NCBI RefSeq assembly: GCF_963921235.1
Contig: NC_086108.1
Span: forward strand, 82,648,001-82,712,000
DNA: 64,000 nucleotides
DNA from: Mobula hypostoma
Lineage: Eukaryota
Direction of reading: 5' to 3'
Below the pieces are notes generated by a model, which was given only the letters and a program-made list of their open reading frames with translations, searched no databases and was not told the origin of the DNA. The position numbers and the translations under genes are program-made. Shown here one piece after another: positions 48,925 through 62,714 of the stretch (positions are counted from its first letter, which is position 1; every line of letters begins with the position of its first letter).

Positions 48925-50673
48925 CATCTGATTTAACCAGGGGGATCTGATCGAACCTATGGCCTGAAAATGCAGTTTCTGGCAGAGGCTGAAGCCATAC
49001 AGACCTGTTTTCAGCATATTTAATCCAGTATTTGGTATCAAACCGTGAGCATGACAAATCTGATACTGTGAAGTGCTTGAGAGAGGAGGTGTTGCAGTAG
49101 ACTTGCGTGCCGTCAGCTAACGTGCAGAATGTCACTGGATCAATTTTTTCTCCCTCCTTAGGAACATGATGAAAAGCGCATCTGATCCAGGAATATGTCA
49201 CGCTGACAATACATAAAGAAGCAGGGCATTAAAGTTTAATTTTCAAGATTCCCAGGAGTCACATACCTCAGCCTGAAGAGTACAAAACTCTGCCCCCGCT
49301 CAAAAGTATATATTACCTGTTTAGTTAAGGGATTAAGTTTTGTCAAATGCATTTGTAAAACTCCTGAAAACAAGTGTCTATAGAATAAGCCACTTGAATA
49401 AGTATGATCAATTTGCAACTGAATGTTCTTTTTCTTCTGAATGTCTGGAAGCAACCTGATCAAAACTTGGACATTTTGAAATAAACACAGGTACATTCTT
49501 CCTCCACCACCCCCACTCCTCCAGAAGGCTATAATCACATCAAACCATGTCATCTGCCAACAGGAGTTACTCTCTCTTCTTCACTGGTTCAGTTTCCAAT
49601 GTTATTGATGAATTTAATGAGAGATCAAATTTAATCTCTTTCCACATTGCAAAGGATCAGTCAGGCACTTCTCAAAACACTACAAGTGACACTAATCTGA
49701 ATAATCTCTTTTTTCCCCCCAAATTTTCTGCATTTCATCTGACTATTCTCTTTTCATAACTAGGATTGTCTCCAACTGATTTTGGTGACCAATATTTAAA
49801 GTATGTAGTGCTGGGACATTGGATCATTAATATTTAAAGAGGATTATCATTCTCCATTAATTGATTGAGTGTGCTTCTCATGTGGAATATTTATGTTTCC
49901 CCAGTGCTGGAGCCCCTTAAAATGCTTATTTATTCTGATGTTGGTATAAATATTTCAACACTTTTATTAAATCTATGTACTCGGAATAAAAATAATTGCA
50001 CTATTAAAGTAAAATTTCCCCAAATTTAGTAACTCCAGGTTTTTGCTTGAAACATCAATGAGGAATGATTTGGGGAAAACTGTTCAAGACTGCATATGCA
50101 TATCTTTTATTTATTTGCTGAAGATCCACTTGAACAGATTTATTCTTTATCTGTACGTGAAGTGACATTGAAAGGTCTGACACATTCTTAGTTTCTGAAC
50201 TCCTCGTTAATGAATCATCACTCTGATTGGTTATGGAGATGCACAGTTGCTTGACTTGTTCACACAGATCCCAGAACCCCTGAGAAAATGCTGTACCAAA
50301 ATGATTTTCTAATTATAGAGATTTCCAGCGCCACATACCACAGATCACCAAGTGGACAGAAGAAAAGATTCAAGGATGTAATCAAAGACCTACTGAAGAA
50401 AGGAATATCTTGCTGATTCCTGAGATGGGGGGGGGGAGGGGTGGGGGAGTGATGCTAACCCTGGCCCATGACTACACAAGAAGTGGAGAAAGAGCACTTA
50501 GGATCTCAGGTCCATTCGTTGGGAGCATATGGACACAGTACAAGAATGAAAAACGTCACTCCCTCTTCCATGTGACTGTCAAGGAGAAATAAGAAGGTGT
50601 TAAGAGCAGTTAGCACCACTTGTTTATCATTGGGAGCAAAACTCATCCATTGTTGATATCAGTGATACACTCT

Positions 50674-50920
50674 TTTTCAATATTTTTATTAATTACTTGC
50701 ATAGACGAATACAAAATACATTATGATATTATGGAAACAGAAACAAGATTGAAATGCCCCATAACTATGTATAGTAAGTTAACCATAATATTGAAAAGGT
50801 ATATTTTATCGCAATCTAAAGCAAAATCAAAACCGCATAACAAAACAAAAAAAAGAGAGAAAAAAAAACAACTGTTTGGTTAAAAGAAAAGAAAAAAAAT
50901 CTCTGACATATAATCATGAT
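50674..50920 (-). mobile_element. Short retroposed insertion (L1/Tx1-like 3' end) with target-site duplication
   Basis: Flanked by agtgatacactct (50661-50673) and agtgatatactct (50921-50933), 13 bp with one mismatch. Starts with a T-run and tttatt (antisense AATAAA). Confidence 0.55.
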
Positions 50921-51077
50921 AGTGATATACTCTGTACATTTAAATAGAGCATGTTAGGACTGATGTTTCTTACTAAATTAATTCACACAATATAATATGA
51001 GTATTAGTGTCTGTGGTTCACATTGTACATTAGAATCACAATAGCAATGGTTAATACTTCTAAAAAATAAATTCATC

Positions 51078-51200
51078 ACTGATAAGTCTTCAACCTGAAA
51101 TGTTCACTCTGTTTCCTCTTCCACAGATGCTGCCTGACCTGCTGAGTGTTTCCAGCGTTTCCTGGTTTATTGCATATTCTGCACATTTTTGATTTGTGAT
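51078..51200 (+). mobile_element. Penelope-type terminal repeat fragment
   Basis: 'ctgataagtcttcaacctgaaatgttcactc...ccacagatgctgcctgacctgctgagtgtttccagc'. Confidence 0.6.
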
Positions 51201-51945
51201 TAATATGGACATTATTAGTATAGTGGTGCACTAAGCTAATTCCATTTTATGAGCAGCAATAAAATACTTTAACATACAAATACATCCTGAGTCAACTCAT
51301 GGAGAGTAAGGCAATGCTGAATGTTGACAATGAAACAAAAATTTGGTACTGCAACTAAGAGTGTAGTCAACAAAACCAATCAGTTGCAATGTGTTTAAGG
51401 AAAGGGAGAGAGAGATATTTTGGGAAAGAATTCCAAAATGTGGGTTATAAATGCAATAGCTACTTTGTGTTAATAGGAAGAAAGGAGATGGGATACACTA
51501 AAAGGCCGAAACTGGAGGAATAGCGGGTGTTATTAAGTAGTGGTTTCGGTGTACACCATAGCAAAAGAGAACCGAAATGCGTCCTATCTGTTGATGTCTT
51601 TTTGATACAACTCCTGTAAAGCACATTTGGACAATGTTGTTTGAGACACATTTTAAATATATCTTGTATTGCTGTTGTTGCAAGTTAGTGTAGTGACACA
51701 ATGCCATACAACCCATTGTGCATTTTAATGCAGATATGGCAGTTGTATGCAATGTATGTTAATATGATTTTCACACATGGTAAGTGAAACTGTATGTTAA
51801 TTCAACATCTCTCCACCAATTCACATCTCACAATGCCGAGATTACAACATGCAAGTAAACTTCATTGTACCAACAGCTGCAATTTGGCAGATGTGAATAA
51901 AGATTTGTAGTGTCAAGGTGGCAGGAAGAACCATAAAAATAGATG

Positions 51946-52059
51946 ACAAACGAGAAAATCTGCAGATGCTGGAAATCTAAGCAACACACACAAAATGCTG
52001 GAGGAACTCAGCAGGCCAGGCAGCATCTGTGGAAAAAAGTAGTCAGCATTTCAGGCTGA
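51946..52059 (-). mobile_element. Penelope-type terminal repeat with 11-bp TSD
   Basis: Perfect AAAAATAGATG at 51935-51945 and 52060-52070; body matches the family arm. Confidence 0.75.
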
Positions 52060-52525
52060 AAAAATAGATGGGTTCAATTACACACATCCTTCCAGTGCAA
52101 ACAACAAGTCATTGTATTTACTTTGACACTTTTGACAAAGTGAAGCATCTGAAGGTACTTCACTAAAACACTAATCAAATAAAATTTGGCACTGAGCCTT
52201 TTGTGGTGAATTTGGGCAAATGATCAAAAGCTTAGTGGAAGAGGTAAAATTTAAAGAACATTTTAAAGGAGTGAAGAAAGAAGATGGTGAGGTTTAGTGA
52301 GGGAACTTCAAGGCTGTGTGTCTTTAACAGCTGTTGGCAGTGTTGTGTGGTTAAATTCAGGGATGATCAAATTTTGGAGGAGTAATTATAATCTTAACCC
52401 TTTATCACAAGCAATTGATTCATAAGAATAAAGCAGTCTTACTGCCATTACTGTATAAATAGCACTTGTTTTGTTTGGTCACCTTACCCAAGGAAAAATA
52501 TCCTTCTCTTAGCAGGCTTGCCATG

Positions 52526-55500
52526 TGTCAGGCCTACACTTGCAGGCTCCTCCCAGTATCCATCCATCCAGTCACTTGCCACTCGTTTCTGACTCATCGC
52601 CTGCAGCCTATTTAAACCCAGCTCTCATCCACAGCCCTTGTTCGCTCATCCAACCAGCCAGCCTCAACCAGTTGCTCTTAGCCTTCAGTTATCTTGTTAC
52701 CTTTAGTATCTGTGTGGCTTGTTATTTTGCAGTTTATTATTAAAGTGATTGCTTCCCACTAAATCATCTGTGCTGCTCTACTTTTGGGTCAATCCTCCTT
52801 CTCATTTCCGACTCAGCAGGAAACCATTAACCTTCTGCTCACCACTCTCAACCAACTCTCCGTCTTCATACAGCAACCCCACACCTGTCAACCTCCTCTC
52901 TCAGAGCACTGGATTCTAGTGGCAAAAACTTCGATGGATCCCAACCCAACTCTGCACCTTCCTGACCTGACCTAGTGAGTCTTACACTTCGAACTCCAGA
53001 TATCTCTATATTCGATGGACCAAGCTAAGATTGCCTTTATCATCTCTCACTTGACTGGGCAAACTCTGACTTGGGCTGCTGCTAACTGGGACAATAAAAC
53101 CACCATTTGCAATAAATATGAGGATTTCACCGCTGTGGTGCACTGGGTTTTCGACCATCCGGGAAGTAGAAGGGAGGCAGCAGGTCAGTGTATCAAGACT
53201 CACACTTTGTGCTGGAGTAAACCATGAAATTCAGGACCATCATGGCACAGTGTGGTTGGAATATGGAAGCACTGGTGGCCCATTATCGTCACTGTCTCTT
53301 GGAGCACTTGAAAGATGAGCTGTCTGTCCAGGAGATGCCCATTGACCTCATCACTCAGGCCCTCTGTGTTGACAAGTTTCTTAAGGAACGACCCTTCAGA
53401 TCATAAGCCAGCGCCCCAATTCTGTTTTGAGAACCATTTCAGGCTGTAGGACCCTCATCAGAACCAATGCAGTTACGGAGAACTCCCTTAACCCTCCAAG
53501 AGCGCCAGTGGAGAAACAACTAGTGCGCTTACTGCAGAGCAGACGATCACCACTACATCTGCCCACTACTGTAGTGGATCAAATGCCCACTACATCTGGG
53601 AAAAGGCACCACCAAGTAGAGACAAGGGGCCCTCTATCTAGTAAGCTTTCCTGAACCCTCCTTCTAGTACTATAGCTCAACTCACTCTCTTTATCCTCCT
53701 CCACAGTCCAATGGCTCTACGCGCACAAAAGGCTTTGCTGGATTCCACTGCAGCAGGCAACTTTCTGAACTGAACTTTGTGTGTGTGTAACTTGGACTGC
53801 CTACTGAGCCTATCTCTCACCCCTTCTGTATCGTGGCCATTGGTGAACTTCTCTTGGGGTCTGGGATCGTCAGGATGTGCACATATGAGCACCAGAGAAC
53901 ATTCAATTCCTCTTCATCTACTCACCCAACACTCTTCTCATCTTAGGTTGCTCTCACCTCTCCACTCATGATCCTCACTTCACCTGGTCATCTGGATTCA
54001 CTGCTGAGTTAGGGACCGAACTGCAGGACCACCTGCCTGTAACTTAGTTTGACTTCACCCTGCAAATCCATGGAGATGGAGGAAAGCCTTGACCTCACCA
54101 AACCTACACAGGAATACCACGACTTAGCCATTGCCTTCAGTAAAAGGGATGCCTGCACCCTGCTGCCACACAGACCACATGGCAACGTGATTGACATCCT
54201 CCTGGGCATGACCCCTTCCTGAGGCCGTCTGTTCCCTCTCTCTCCCCTTCTGAAGACTACTTTACCAAACTGCTACAGCACAGCTTTACTTGACCATCCC
54301 AGTCCCCAGCTGGTGCAGGATTCTTCTTTGCCTTCGTCCCTGTATTGATTACTGTGGACTCAACAAAATCACAGTTAAGAACCTCTACACTCTCCCCTTG
54401 ATGGGCAGTACATTTGAAACACTCTGCAGAGCCCAGATCTTCACCAAAATGGATCTACGGAGTGTCTACAACCTGATCCACTTCAGCCAGAGGAGGAGTG
54501 GAAGACAGTGTTCATAATATCCATAGCCACTATTTGGTGAAGTCTTTTGCACTTTCCAACAGTCCAGCCATTTCCTAAGCCTTCATTAACGAGATACTCT
54601 GAGACATACCACACAATTACGTGTTCATCTTCCACAATGATATCCTCATATTCTCCAAGACCATGTCTGTCATGTCCAATCAGTCCTTCAATAAACAACT
54701 GTAGTGCAAGTTAGCAAAATGCCAGTTCCACACCCCAGTCATTTCCTTCCTGGGCTACATCCTTTCACCCCAAAGCATGACCATGGATCCGGAGAAAGTA
54801 TGTGCCTTCATTGAAAGAGCCTGATCGCGTTTCCTCAAACAGCTACAATGCTTCTTGGCCTTCTCCAACATCTGCCACCGGTTCATCGGGAACTGTAGCC
54901 AGTTTGCTTCTCCTCTCAGCTCCCTCACCCAAAATCCTACCCGACAGATAACCTGATCTGCTGCTGCAAACCACGCTTTCAAGTAGTTCAAGGGACTGTT
55001 CACCAATGCTCCCGTTCTCTGCCATCTGAACCCCTCTGGACTTTTTGTGGTAGAGGTGGATGCACCTGACATGGACACTGGAGTCATCATCTCCCAGCAA
55101 GGACCGGATGGGAAGACACACCCTTGTGTTGTCTTCTTGGGCAAGTTTAACTCTACACAGTGCTATTATGGAGTAGGAGACAGGGAGCTACTTGCCATAA
55201 TACGGGCCTTGGAGGAATGGAAACATTGGCTGAAAATTGGGGAACATTGGCTGAACATTGGGGAAAAAGCAAGCCCTTCCTAATCTGGACTGACCACCAG
55301 AACCTTGTATCCATACAGCAGACCCATCAACTCAATCCATGCCAGGTTCACTGGGCCCTCTTCTTTGAGCAAATCAACTTCATCATCTCCAAGAACACCA
55401 AGGCAGGCACCCTGTTACAATAGTTCAGCCCATTTGAAACTGAGATTGACCCTCAGCCCATCATTCCATCTTCACAGACCCTCACCCTGGGACCTTGAGA

Positions 55501-55955
55501 ACTAGATTCTCCAGGCCCTGCAGCATGAGCCTGCTCCAACCGACTCACCTGACCACCGCAAGTACCTGTCGGTGGCCATGCGCTCTGAGGCACTCTAGTG
55601 GATTCACTCTTCACCCCTCTCTGCCCATCTAGGCTCATGGCCCACTCTGGATTTTCTATGACTGTTGATTCTAGTGGCCCACCATGGTCACAGATGTACA
55701 TCAGTTCGTTGCTCCCTTCCTTCAATGTGCTGAGTCCAATTCCTCCAGCCAGTGGCCCTCTTGTCTCCTGCAGCCCTTGCCAGACCCTCAAAGCCTGTGG
55801 TCACACATCACCATGGATTTCATCACAGTCTGATCAATCCAATCACTTATCATCTCCATCTGCCACCGTCCCTCTGGATCACAACTACATTTCACCTGTC
55901 CTGCCTCATGTCCATTGTACATTGAAACACTCAACTTCCTCTGCATTTCCTGACA
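52526..55955 (+). mobile_element. Decayed Ty3/gypsy LTR retrotransposon (sushi-like)
   Basis: Starts TGTCAGG and ends CCTGACA. 5' LTR ~52526-52815. Gag [43 protein letters not shown]...[14 protein letters not shown]; RNase H VEVDAPDMDTGVIISQ...DRELLAIIRALEEWKHWL; integrase remnant HITMDFIT near 55805. Many stops. Confidence 0.9.
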
Positions 55956-56129
55956 GGATGAGGGTTTGTCAAATTATATTCAAACAAGGAAAATAGGTAT
56001 TTCTCTAGTTGTAATTTCCTCATGATGATTTCATGGAAACATAATTTTTTTTTAAAGGGGTTTGAATGGAAGTTTGCTGGGGATATCTTAATAACTTGTA
56101 ACAAAAGAGTAAGTGATTTAGTTTATTAG

Positions 56130-56420
56130 ATCCATATCAACTCCTTAGAGATCAATCCCATTCATACTATTTCTGCTCTGTCTGTTTCCTTGTTTATACG
56201 CAATTTATTCTCTCTCACACCTGCTGGAAACCCATTTAATTTTTTAGCATAAAGGGGTAACATAACAATGAAGTAACTGGCCATCATGCTTTTGGGATGT
56301 GAGAGGAAACTAGTGTACCACATGGACATTCATGTAGTTATGGAGAGAACATGGAAACTCCAGATAGTCAGCACCTAAACCTTGGCTCCTTTGTGCCATG
56401 GGGTAACAACACTAACTATT
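56130..56420 (-). mobile_element. Old V-SINE fragment
   Basis: 'catgcttttgggatgtgagaggaaactagtgtaccaca...ggagagaacatggaaactccaga' V-domain-like. Confidence 0.55.
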
Positions 56421-57269
56421 GACTGTAGTGGCTCTGGATCTCAGGCTTTACCTCGGGATACATGACCAGTGTTTCAGGTCTAAGGGGGGGGGAAGACATT
56501 TTATTCACTCAAAAGGTTGTGAATCCTTAGATTTCCATCCAGCAACTCTTCTACTGTGTGATACCAGAGTTGTCAGCCTTCAGTGCTTTCAATGAACAGG
56601 GTAGGAAAGGAAATCAAGAGATATGGTGATAGTGTGAAAATTTATTTGGAGTAGAAGATCACCTGTGATGCTATTAAGAGCTATTGTAGATTTTAGAAGC
56701 TGGTTGCATTTTGTTCAGTGGTTCAAACTTACAGGGCATTTCAAAGTGCTTTGATACAAGATTTAAAAAATGAAGCAAAGGGACCTTTGAAGAATTACAA
56801 TTTTGGGAAACCTGGAAACTTAGGAAGAATATTTCAGGTTACATTTGAGGGATGACTGAGAGCCTTTCCTTAGAATTGCTGACAGTGAATGAGAAAATGC
56901 ATCGGTGACAACTGACGTTGAAGCTACAAGAGGCGTCAAGAATGGATAAATGGATGAGGAAGTGGAGGCAGTGGACAACAGTCGTGAAAAATATTTATTG
57001 AAAAATGTGGGTCGTGTGAAAACTTATGAGATTATTGGTCATGTAATAGATAAATGGGGCTTAGAATGGGATAAAATGCCAGTGACGATCATATGAGCGG
57101 AATTTTTTTTCATGTTGAAATGAAGAGTGGGTGGTGAGGCAGTAATAATAGAACTGGCAAATGAATACACAAATGAAAGTTGACATACATTTGGGAGTGT
57201 AGATTTAAGGATGAATATGTACAATATTTTGACGCAGAAACATTCATATTGATAGCTGAACTACTGAGG

Positions 57270-57832
57270 CCTCTGTCAGTCATAGTGGTCTATGGATATT
57301 GCACCCTAGCTGTCTAGATACCCAAGCCTGGCAGTACAATATGGAGAGCAAACTGTTGCCCATGTAGCAAGCTCCCCCTCTCCGTGCATCTGATGAACCC
57401 AAAGGAAAGGCAGAGACCAATGCAGCTTGGTACATCAGCATTGCAAGAGTTGCCAGACAGCATTAAACTCAATATAGGACTGCCTTAGGGACTCCAGCTC
57501 TGGATTTTTCCTTTGGGGTTTACTCCCGATGCCTTCCCCATGAGTGGGTATGGCCACAAGGCAGGGGAGGTTTGAGATCCGAGTTTTCCTACTCCTAGAT
57601 GAGCTGCCAATCACGGATGATGAGCCCCATCTGCCCAAAGTGACTAGTTTTAAGGTGCGAGTAACCTGGCTTTACCACTTCTTCTGTCCACTGGGCTTGG
57701 TAGCTAAGCCACACCGGTGAAGGGCAGGAGCTGGACTTAGTTGTCAGAGACTATTTGAGGCACACACCACTGGGAACATTTAATAGGTAGTGGGAGCTTA
57801 TCCCCATTACCACCCCCAGCTGTAACAACTTT
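57270..57832 (-). mobile_element. Non-autonomous RTE-related retroposon
   Basis: GC-richer block resembling a batoid repeat I recall ('gagagcaaactgttgcccatgtagcaagctcccc' ... 'gtgggagcttatccccattaccacccc'). Family tentative. Confidence 0.45.
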
Positions 57833-58034
57833 CAAGGAACCTTTTTGATAGACTAAATTGTAAATGGAGTGAAGTGAGGAAAATATAAGATATGAAATGA
57901 AGTGGAATGAAAGCAAGAACTGATTCTCAGTCACCCATGAAGTTGGCTATGTGGGTATGTACTGAATACACAAAGCTATGAGATAGATTTAGTATCAAGG
58001 ATTGAAATGTGACCCACTAACAATGTTATTTTCA

Positions 58035-59127
58035 ACATCTCCTTCACAATCACCATCAGCACAGGTGCACCACAAGGCTGTGTGCTTTGCCCCCTGCTCC
58101 AATTGCTTTATACTCATGACTGTGTGGCTAAGCACAGCTCCAATGCCATATTCAAGTTTGCTGATGGCACTACTGTTGTTGACTGAGTCAAAGGTGGTGA
58201 TGAATCAGCATATAGCAGGGAGATTGAAAATCTGGCTGAGTAGTACCTCGGCAACAACCTCTCTCTTAACGACAGCAAGACCAAGGACCTAATTATTGAC
58301 TACAGGAGGGGGAAACCAGAGGTCCATGAGCTTAGTCTTCATTGGGGGAATCAGACAACTTTAAGTTCCTTGGCATGATCATTTTAGAAGATCTGTTTGG
58401 GTTCAGCACATAACTGCCATTATGAAGAAAGCATGGACACATCTCTACCCAGGAGTTTGTACAAATTTGGCATGTCATCTAAAACTTTGACAAACATCTA
58501 TAGATGTGTGGTAGAGAATATATTGACTGGTTGCATCATGGTCTGATACAGAAACACCAATGCTCTTGATTGGAAAAGCCTACAAAAAGCACTGGATACA
58601 TCCCAGTCCATGGGCAAAGCCTCCCCACCACTGAGCATATCTACAAGGAGTGCTGTTGCAGGATAGCAACATCCATTGTCAAGGACGCCCACCAACCAGG
58701 CCATGCTCCGCTCTTGATGCTGCTATCAGGAAGGAGGTGGAGGAGCCTCAGGACCCACACCACCAGGTTCAGGAACTGTTATTACCCCTCAGCCATCAGG
58801 CTCTTGAATCAGAAGGGATAACTTCACTCAACTTCACTCACCCCATCACTGAACTGGTCCCACAACCTATGGACTCACTTTCAAGGACACTTCATCTCAT
58901 GTTCTCAATATTATTTATTTACTTATTTATTTATTATTTCTTTCTTTTTGTATCTGCACAGTTTGTCTTTTGCACATTCGTTGTTTGTCTATCTTGTGTG
59001 AAGTTTTTCATCGATTCATTGTGTTTCTCCGTATTTACTATTTTCTTCTCTGCCCACAAGAAGATGAATCTAAGGATTGCATATGGTGACATATATATAC
59101 TTTAATAATAAAATTTACTTTGAACTC
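58035..59127 (+). mobile_element. Rex1/Babar-clade LINE, RT to 3' end
   Basis: TGAPQGCVL...YTHDC...IFKFADGTTVV RT motifs; ORF 58570 HQPGHAPLLMLLSGRRWRSLRTHTTRFRNCYYPSAIRLLN; 3' tail as at 35790. Confidence 0.9.
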
Positions 59128-59774
59128 CGACTAGCAATATTGTTTTCAGTGATGGAAGCCATAGAGAAGTACCGTCAAACCATCACTTACCTATGCTGTA
59201 CATAGAACATAGAACAATGCATGTGTATTGCAGGAATGTATAAATGCACAACACAAACCAGCGACACTAGCTGTGATTCACTTAATGACTAGTGTAAATC
59301 CACCAGATCGATGTGGTATCAAGCTGAGGTCTCTGTTGAGGTCATGACTCAGTTTTAGTGCCTTTTTTTTAAATTAAAAGAATGATTTTGGGGATGGAGA
59401 GGGGTGTAGGGGTCAGGTTGTAGCTTAGGGACGGGGATGAGGAGTCAGAGAGACTGAAGTTTGTGGTCTGGAGTTCAGGGTCCTGTCATTGGCAAGTCCA
59501 GGTATTGATGCTGAAGATCGAGGCTTGAAGTTTGATGGGAAGTCTGGAAGTTGAAGCCCAGTGACTGGAGACCGGAGACTGGAATCTCAGCCCTTGCAAC
59601 TGTTTCCAGTAATGTTTTGGGTTGGAGATGCTCAAATCACAGAGATGAGTGATACTAATTGCAATAAGGGAAGATAAGGATAACTATATTGGAATAGACT
59701 TAAAATTATTGCATATCCATGCCCTTAATGTAAGCACATTAACATAAATGTTTATACATTATTTTCTTGTGGGC

Positions 59775-59922
59775 AACACACATAAAATACTGGAGGAAGT
59801 CGGCAGGTCAGGCAGCATCTAAGGAAAGGAATAAAGAGTCATTCATGCTACCTGACCTGCTGAGTTCCACCAGCATTTTGTGTATATTACTCTGGATTTC
59901 TAGCATCTGCAGAATCTCTTGT
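59775..59922. mobile_element. Penelope-type palindromic repeat
   Basis: Inverted arms 'aaaatactggaggaagtcggcaggtcaggcagcat' and 'atgctacctgacctgctgagttccaccagcatttt'. Confidence 0.7.
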
Positions 59923-60578
59923 GGTTTCTTGTGAAGTTAGTATTTAGCAGCTGCACAATCTCAAGATTTCTTTTTCGTAAGTCTTTCTTCAGGAAACCTT
60001 TGGCTGAGGTGACTGATTCCGTTTCTGGAATTGGGGTTCTAACCTTATTCATTCTTTGGGGCTTTCTTCTGTTTTGTGGATGTCTGTGAAGAGTAAGAAT
60101 TTCAGGTTGTATTCTGTACACATTCTCTAATATTAAATGGAACCATTGAACCACTGTGCTAACTCACCGTAATGGTATCACCAAAAGAAGTATGACAATA
60201 TTGGCTGGCAGGCTGATCAGTTCATTCTCCTGATTGTCCGAAGCAGCCTGGGGTTTTCCAATAAAGAATTATTACATGCTAAAACATGAACTGCATGAGC
60301 CAAAATGGCACCTCCCAGTTAAACGCTAACGTTTATGTTTTTTTCTAGCAGCAACATGCGGGAGGACTTTCTGGGATGCAACTATGAATGCTATCATTTT
60401 TAACAAAAGTAATAGAATAAAGAGATATCACTTTGGTGTTATAATACATTTTACATTGTGCTTATGATGCATTGGTTCCACCATCGTATGAACACAGATG
60501 CAGATATGAAGAGACTCTCGGGCTGCACTGAATTGGTTCATCTGAAGAATGGCATTCAGCTATGTAAAGCAACTAATA

Positions 60579-61260
60579 GATTAGATTATGAGAACTCTCA
60601 GTCCTCATTTATTGTCATTTAGAAATGCATGCATGCATTAAGAAATGATACAATGTTCCTCCAGAGTGATATCACAGAAAAACAGGACAAACCAAAGACT
60701 AACACTGACAGAACCACATAATTATAACAGATAGTTACAGCAGTGCAAAACAATACCATAATTTGATGAAGAGCAGACCGTGGGCACGGTAAAAAAAGTC
60801 TCAAAGTCCCGATTGACTCCCGAGTCCCCGATAGCAGGCGGCAAAAAGGAGAAACTCCCTGCCATAAACCTCCAGGCACCAACAACTGCCGATGCATTGA
60901 AAGCACCTGACAACAGCCGACACTGAGTCCATCCATCTGAAAACTTCGAGCCTCTGACCAGCCCATCTGATACAGCCTCCTGAGCGCCATCCTCTGCTAA
61001 GCGCCTTTGACCTAGCCCTGGCTGCCAAAACAAGCAAAGCCGAGGATTCGGGGCCTTCTCCTCCGGAGATTCCAGACCACACAGTAGCAGCGGCAGTGAA
61101 GCAGGCATTTCAGAAGTTTCTCCAGATTTTCCGCTGTACTCTCATGTCTGTCTCCATCAAATCAGAATTGTGCACAGTACCCTTCTTGACAGATTATAGA
61201 TATCATTCACCGGAGTGGTCGGGCGCGCTGCGTCGCGCCGCCATCTTCTCCTCCTCCTCC
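60579..61260 (-). mobile_element. Young non-autonomous retroposon
   Basis: Minus strand begins 'ggagaagatggcggcgcgacgcagcgcg' (retroposon-type 5' end) and ends 'aatgacaataaatgagg...ataatctaatc'. CpGs are retained in an otherwise depleted flank, suggesting recent insertion. Confidence 0.55.
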
Positions 61261-62714
61261 TTAAAAATATCCTTTAGTGATGGGCATAATTGGTGGTATA
61301 TTTATAAGCTATAACATGGAAATAACAACAGCCTTGTTCTAAATATGACATACTGTATGCTCATTAGCACAACTGGAATTGTGCTAATGGGCATAGGCTA
61401 ATGGTGTTTGAGTACAAATCAAACACTATCCTTGCAGTTTAAGTCTGAAAAGCAAGGCTGGTGCTGGAAAGATTTCAATTTACCCCAATCTAATGTATCT
61501 TCCGGCAACATTTTACAGAAATACTTAAGAAATGAGCTGTAAAGAGACTTGAGAATGGCACATATCTTTTAAAATTACTTAAGCAAAAGCATAATGAATT
61601 AAACTAGATTTAACAAATATTTTAACCGAGTGGATTTCAATTTTTGTTATGACCACACCTTTCCGAAATGAGATTGTCATTAAACTGTTGGAGTTGTCTA
61701 ATGGCCCAGAGGAACAGATCAATTGTGTTTAGAAACAGTCAGAGCTAGTTAGAGTCTGTCAAAGGGGCGGTTATTCTTGCATTAAATTAACATCTGTTTC
61801 TGTTGCAGATCTCTGCAGTGTGATGCCAACCAGCTGCCTTTTGGGCCCAGTAACCCCCTGCAAGTGCAGGTTTCACTAGACCAAACCTCTTGGGAGGGCA
61901 GATTAACTACTATTCTCAGGATGATCATAAATTATTTTTATATTATATAAGCACAGGGATTTTCACATCTATCTGTGAGGGCTAGAGCATCCAGCAGCAT
62001 TCTGAAGGCATTTATGAAAATAATTTGACAAATCTCTGTTTAAATAAAGGAAAAGATTTTTTTTTCATTCATTGACAGTAGCTATGCAGCTGTTCAGAAA
62101 AAAGGAAAGATATGGTAAAGGAACCTACGCTAATATGTGGAAGAAAGGCTAAAGACTCAATTACCACCAGGGGGAAAATCAATCTCATTTACTTATTAAA
62201 ATGAAATTTTCTCCATGTGTTATATATTTTCATTGATGCATACTGTCAGGTTCATAGCTTTGTTCTTTCTAATGTGTCACTTTATTTCTCAGATTACCCC
62301 CTTTTTTATCTGCTTCTGCCTCAAACATCCTGCACAGAATACTACAGGTGGAAATGCAAATGGGAAAACCATTTCACAAGAATATGCACTAACAGAATAG
62401 ACAATTCTTTATCTACAGCTCCTAGTTCATTTTATTGTTAAGTGTCTTCCCATCGCTAAATAAATGGTGTAGTAGATGCTCTGAGGGCACTGAACATTCC
62501 TTAAGCAGTGTTTTGAGTGACTTCCAGTAACCCTATTCAGAATCATTGTTTCAAAGTACATGCACTTCACCACTTGCACCAGAGACATCAATTAATATTC
62601 CCTTGATTGCACAGGATTTTCACATTCAGGTAGTTTTAGACTTGCTTTTGGCAGGTACATCTTTCGCCCACCAAAACTTGTATCAGATGAACATGGGACA
62701 TATCAATGATAAGG

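Noticed and set aside
57380..57420. CTGATGA as a hammerhead core, or an HDV-like ribozyme in the RTE-like element
   Set aside because: Could not build the required stems from this copy.
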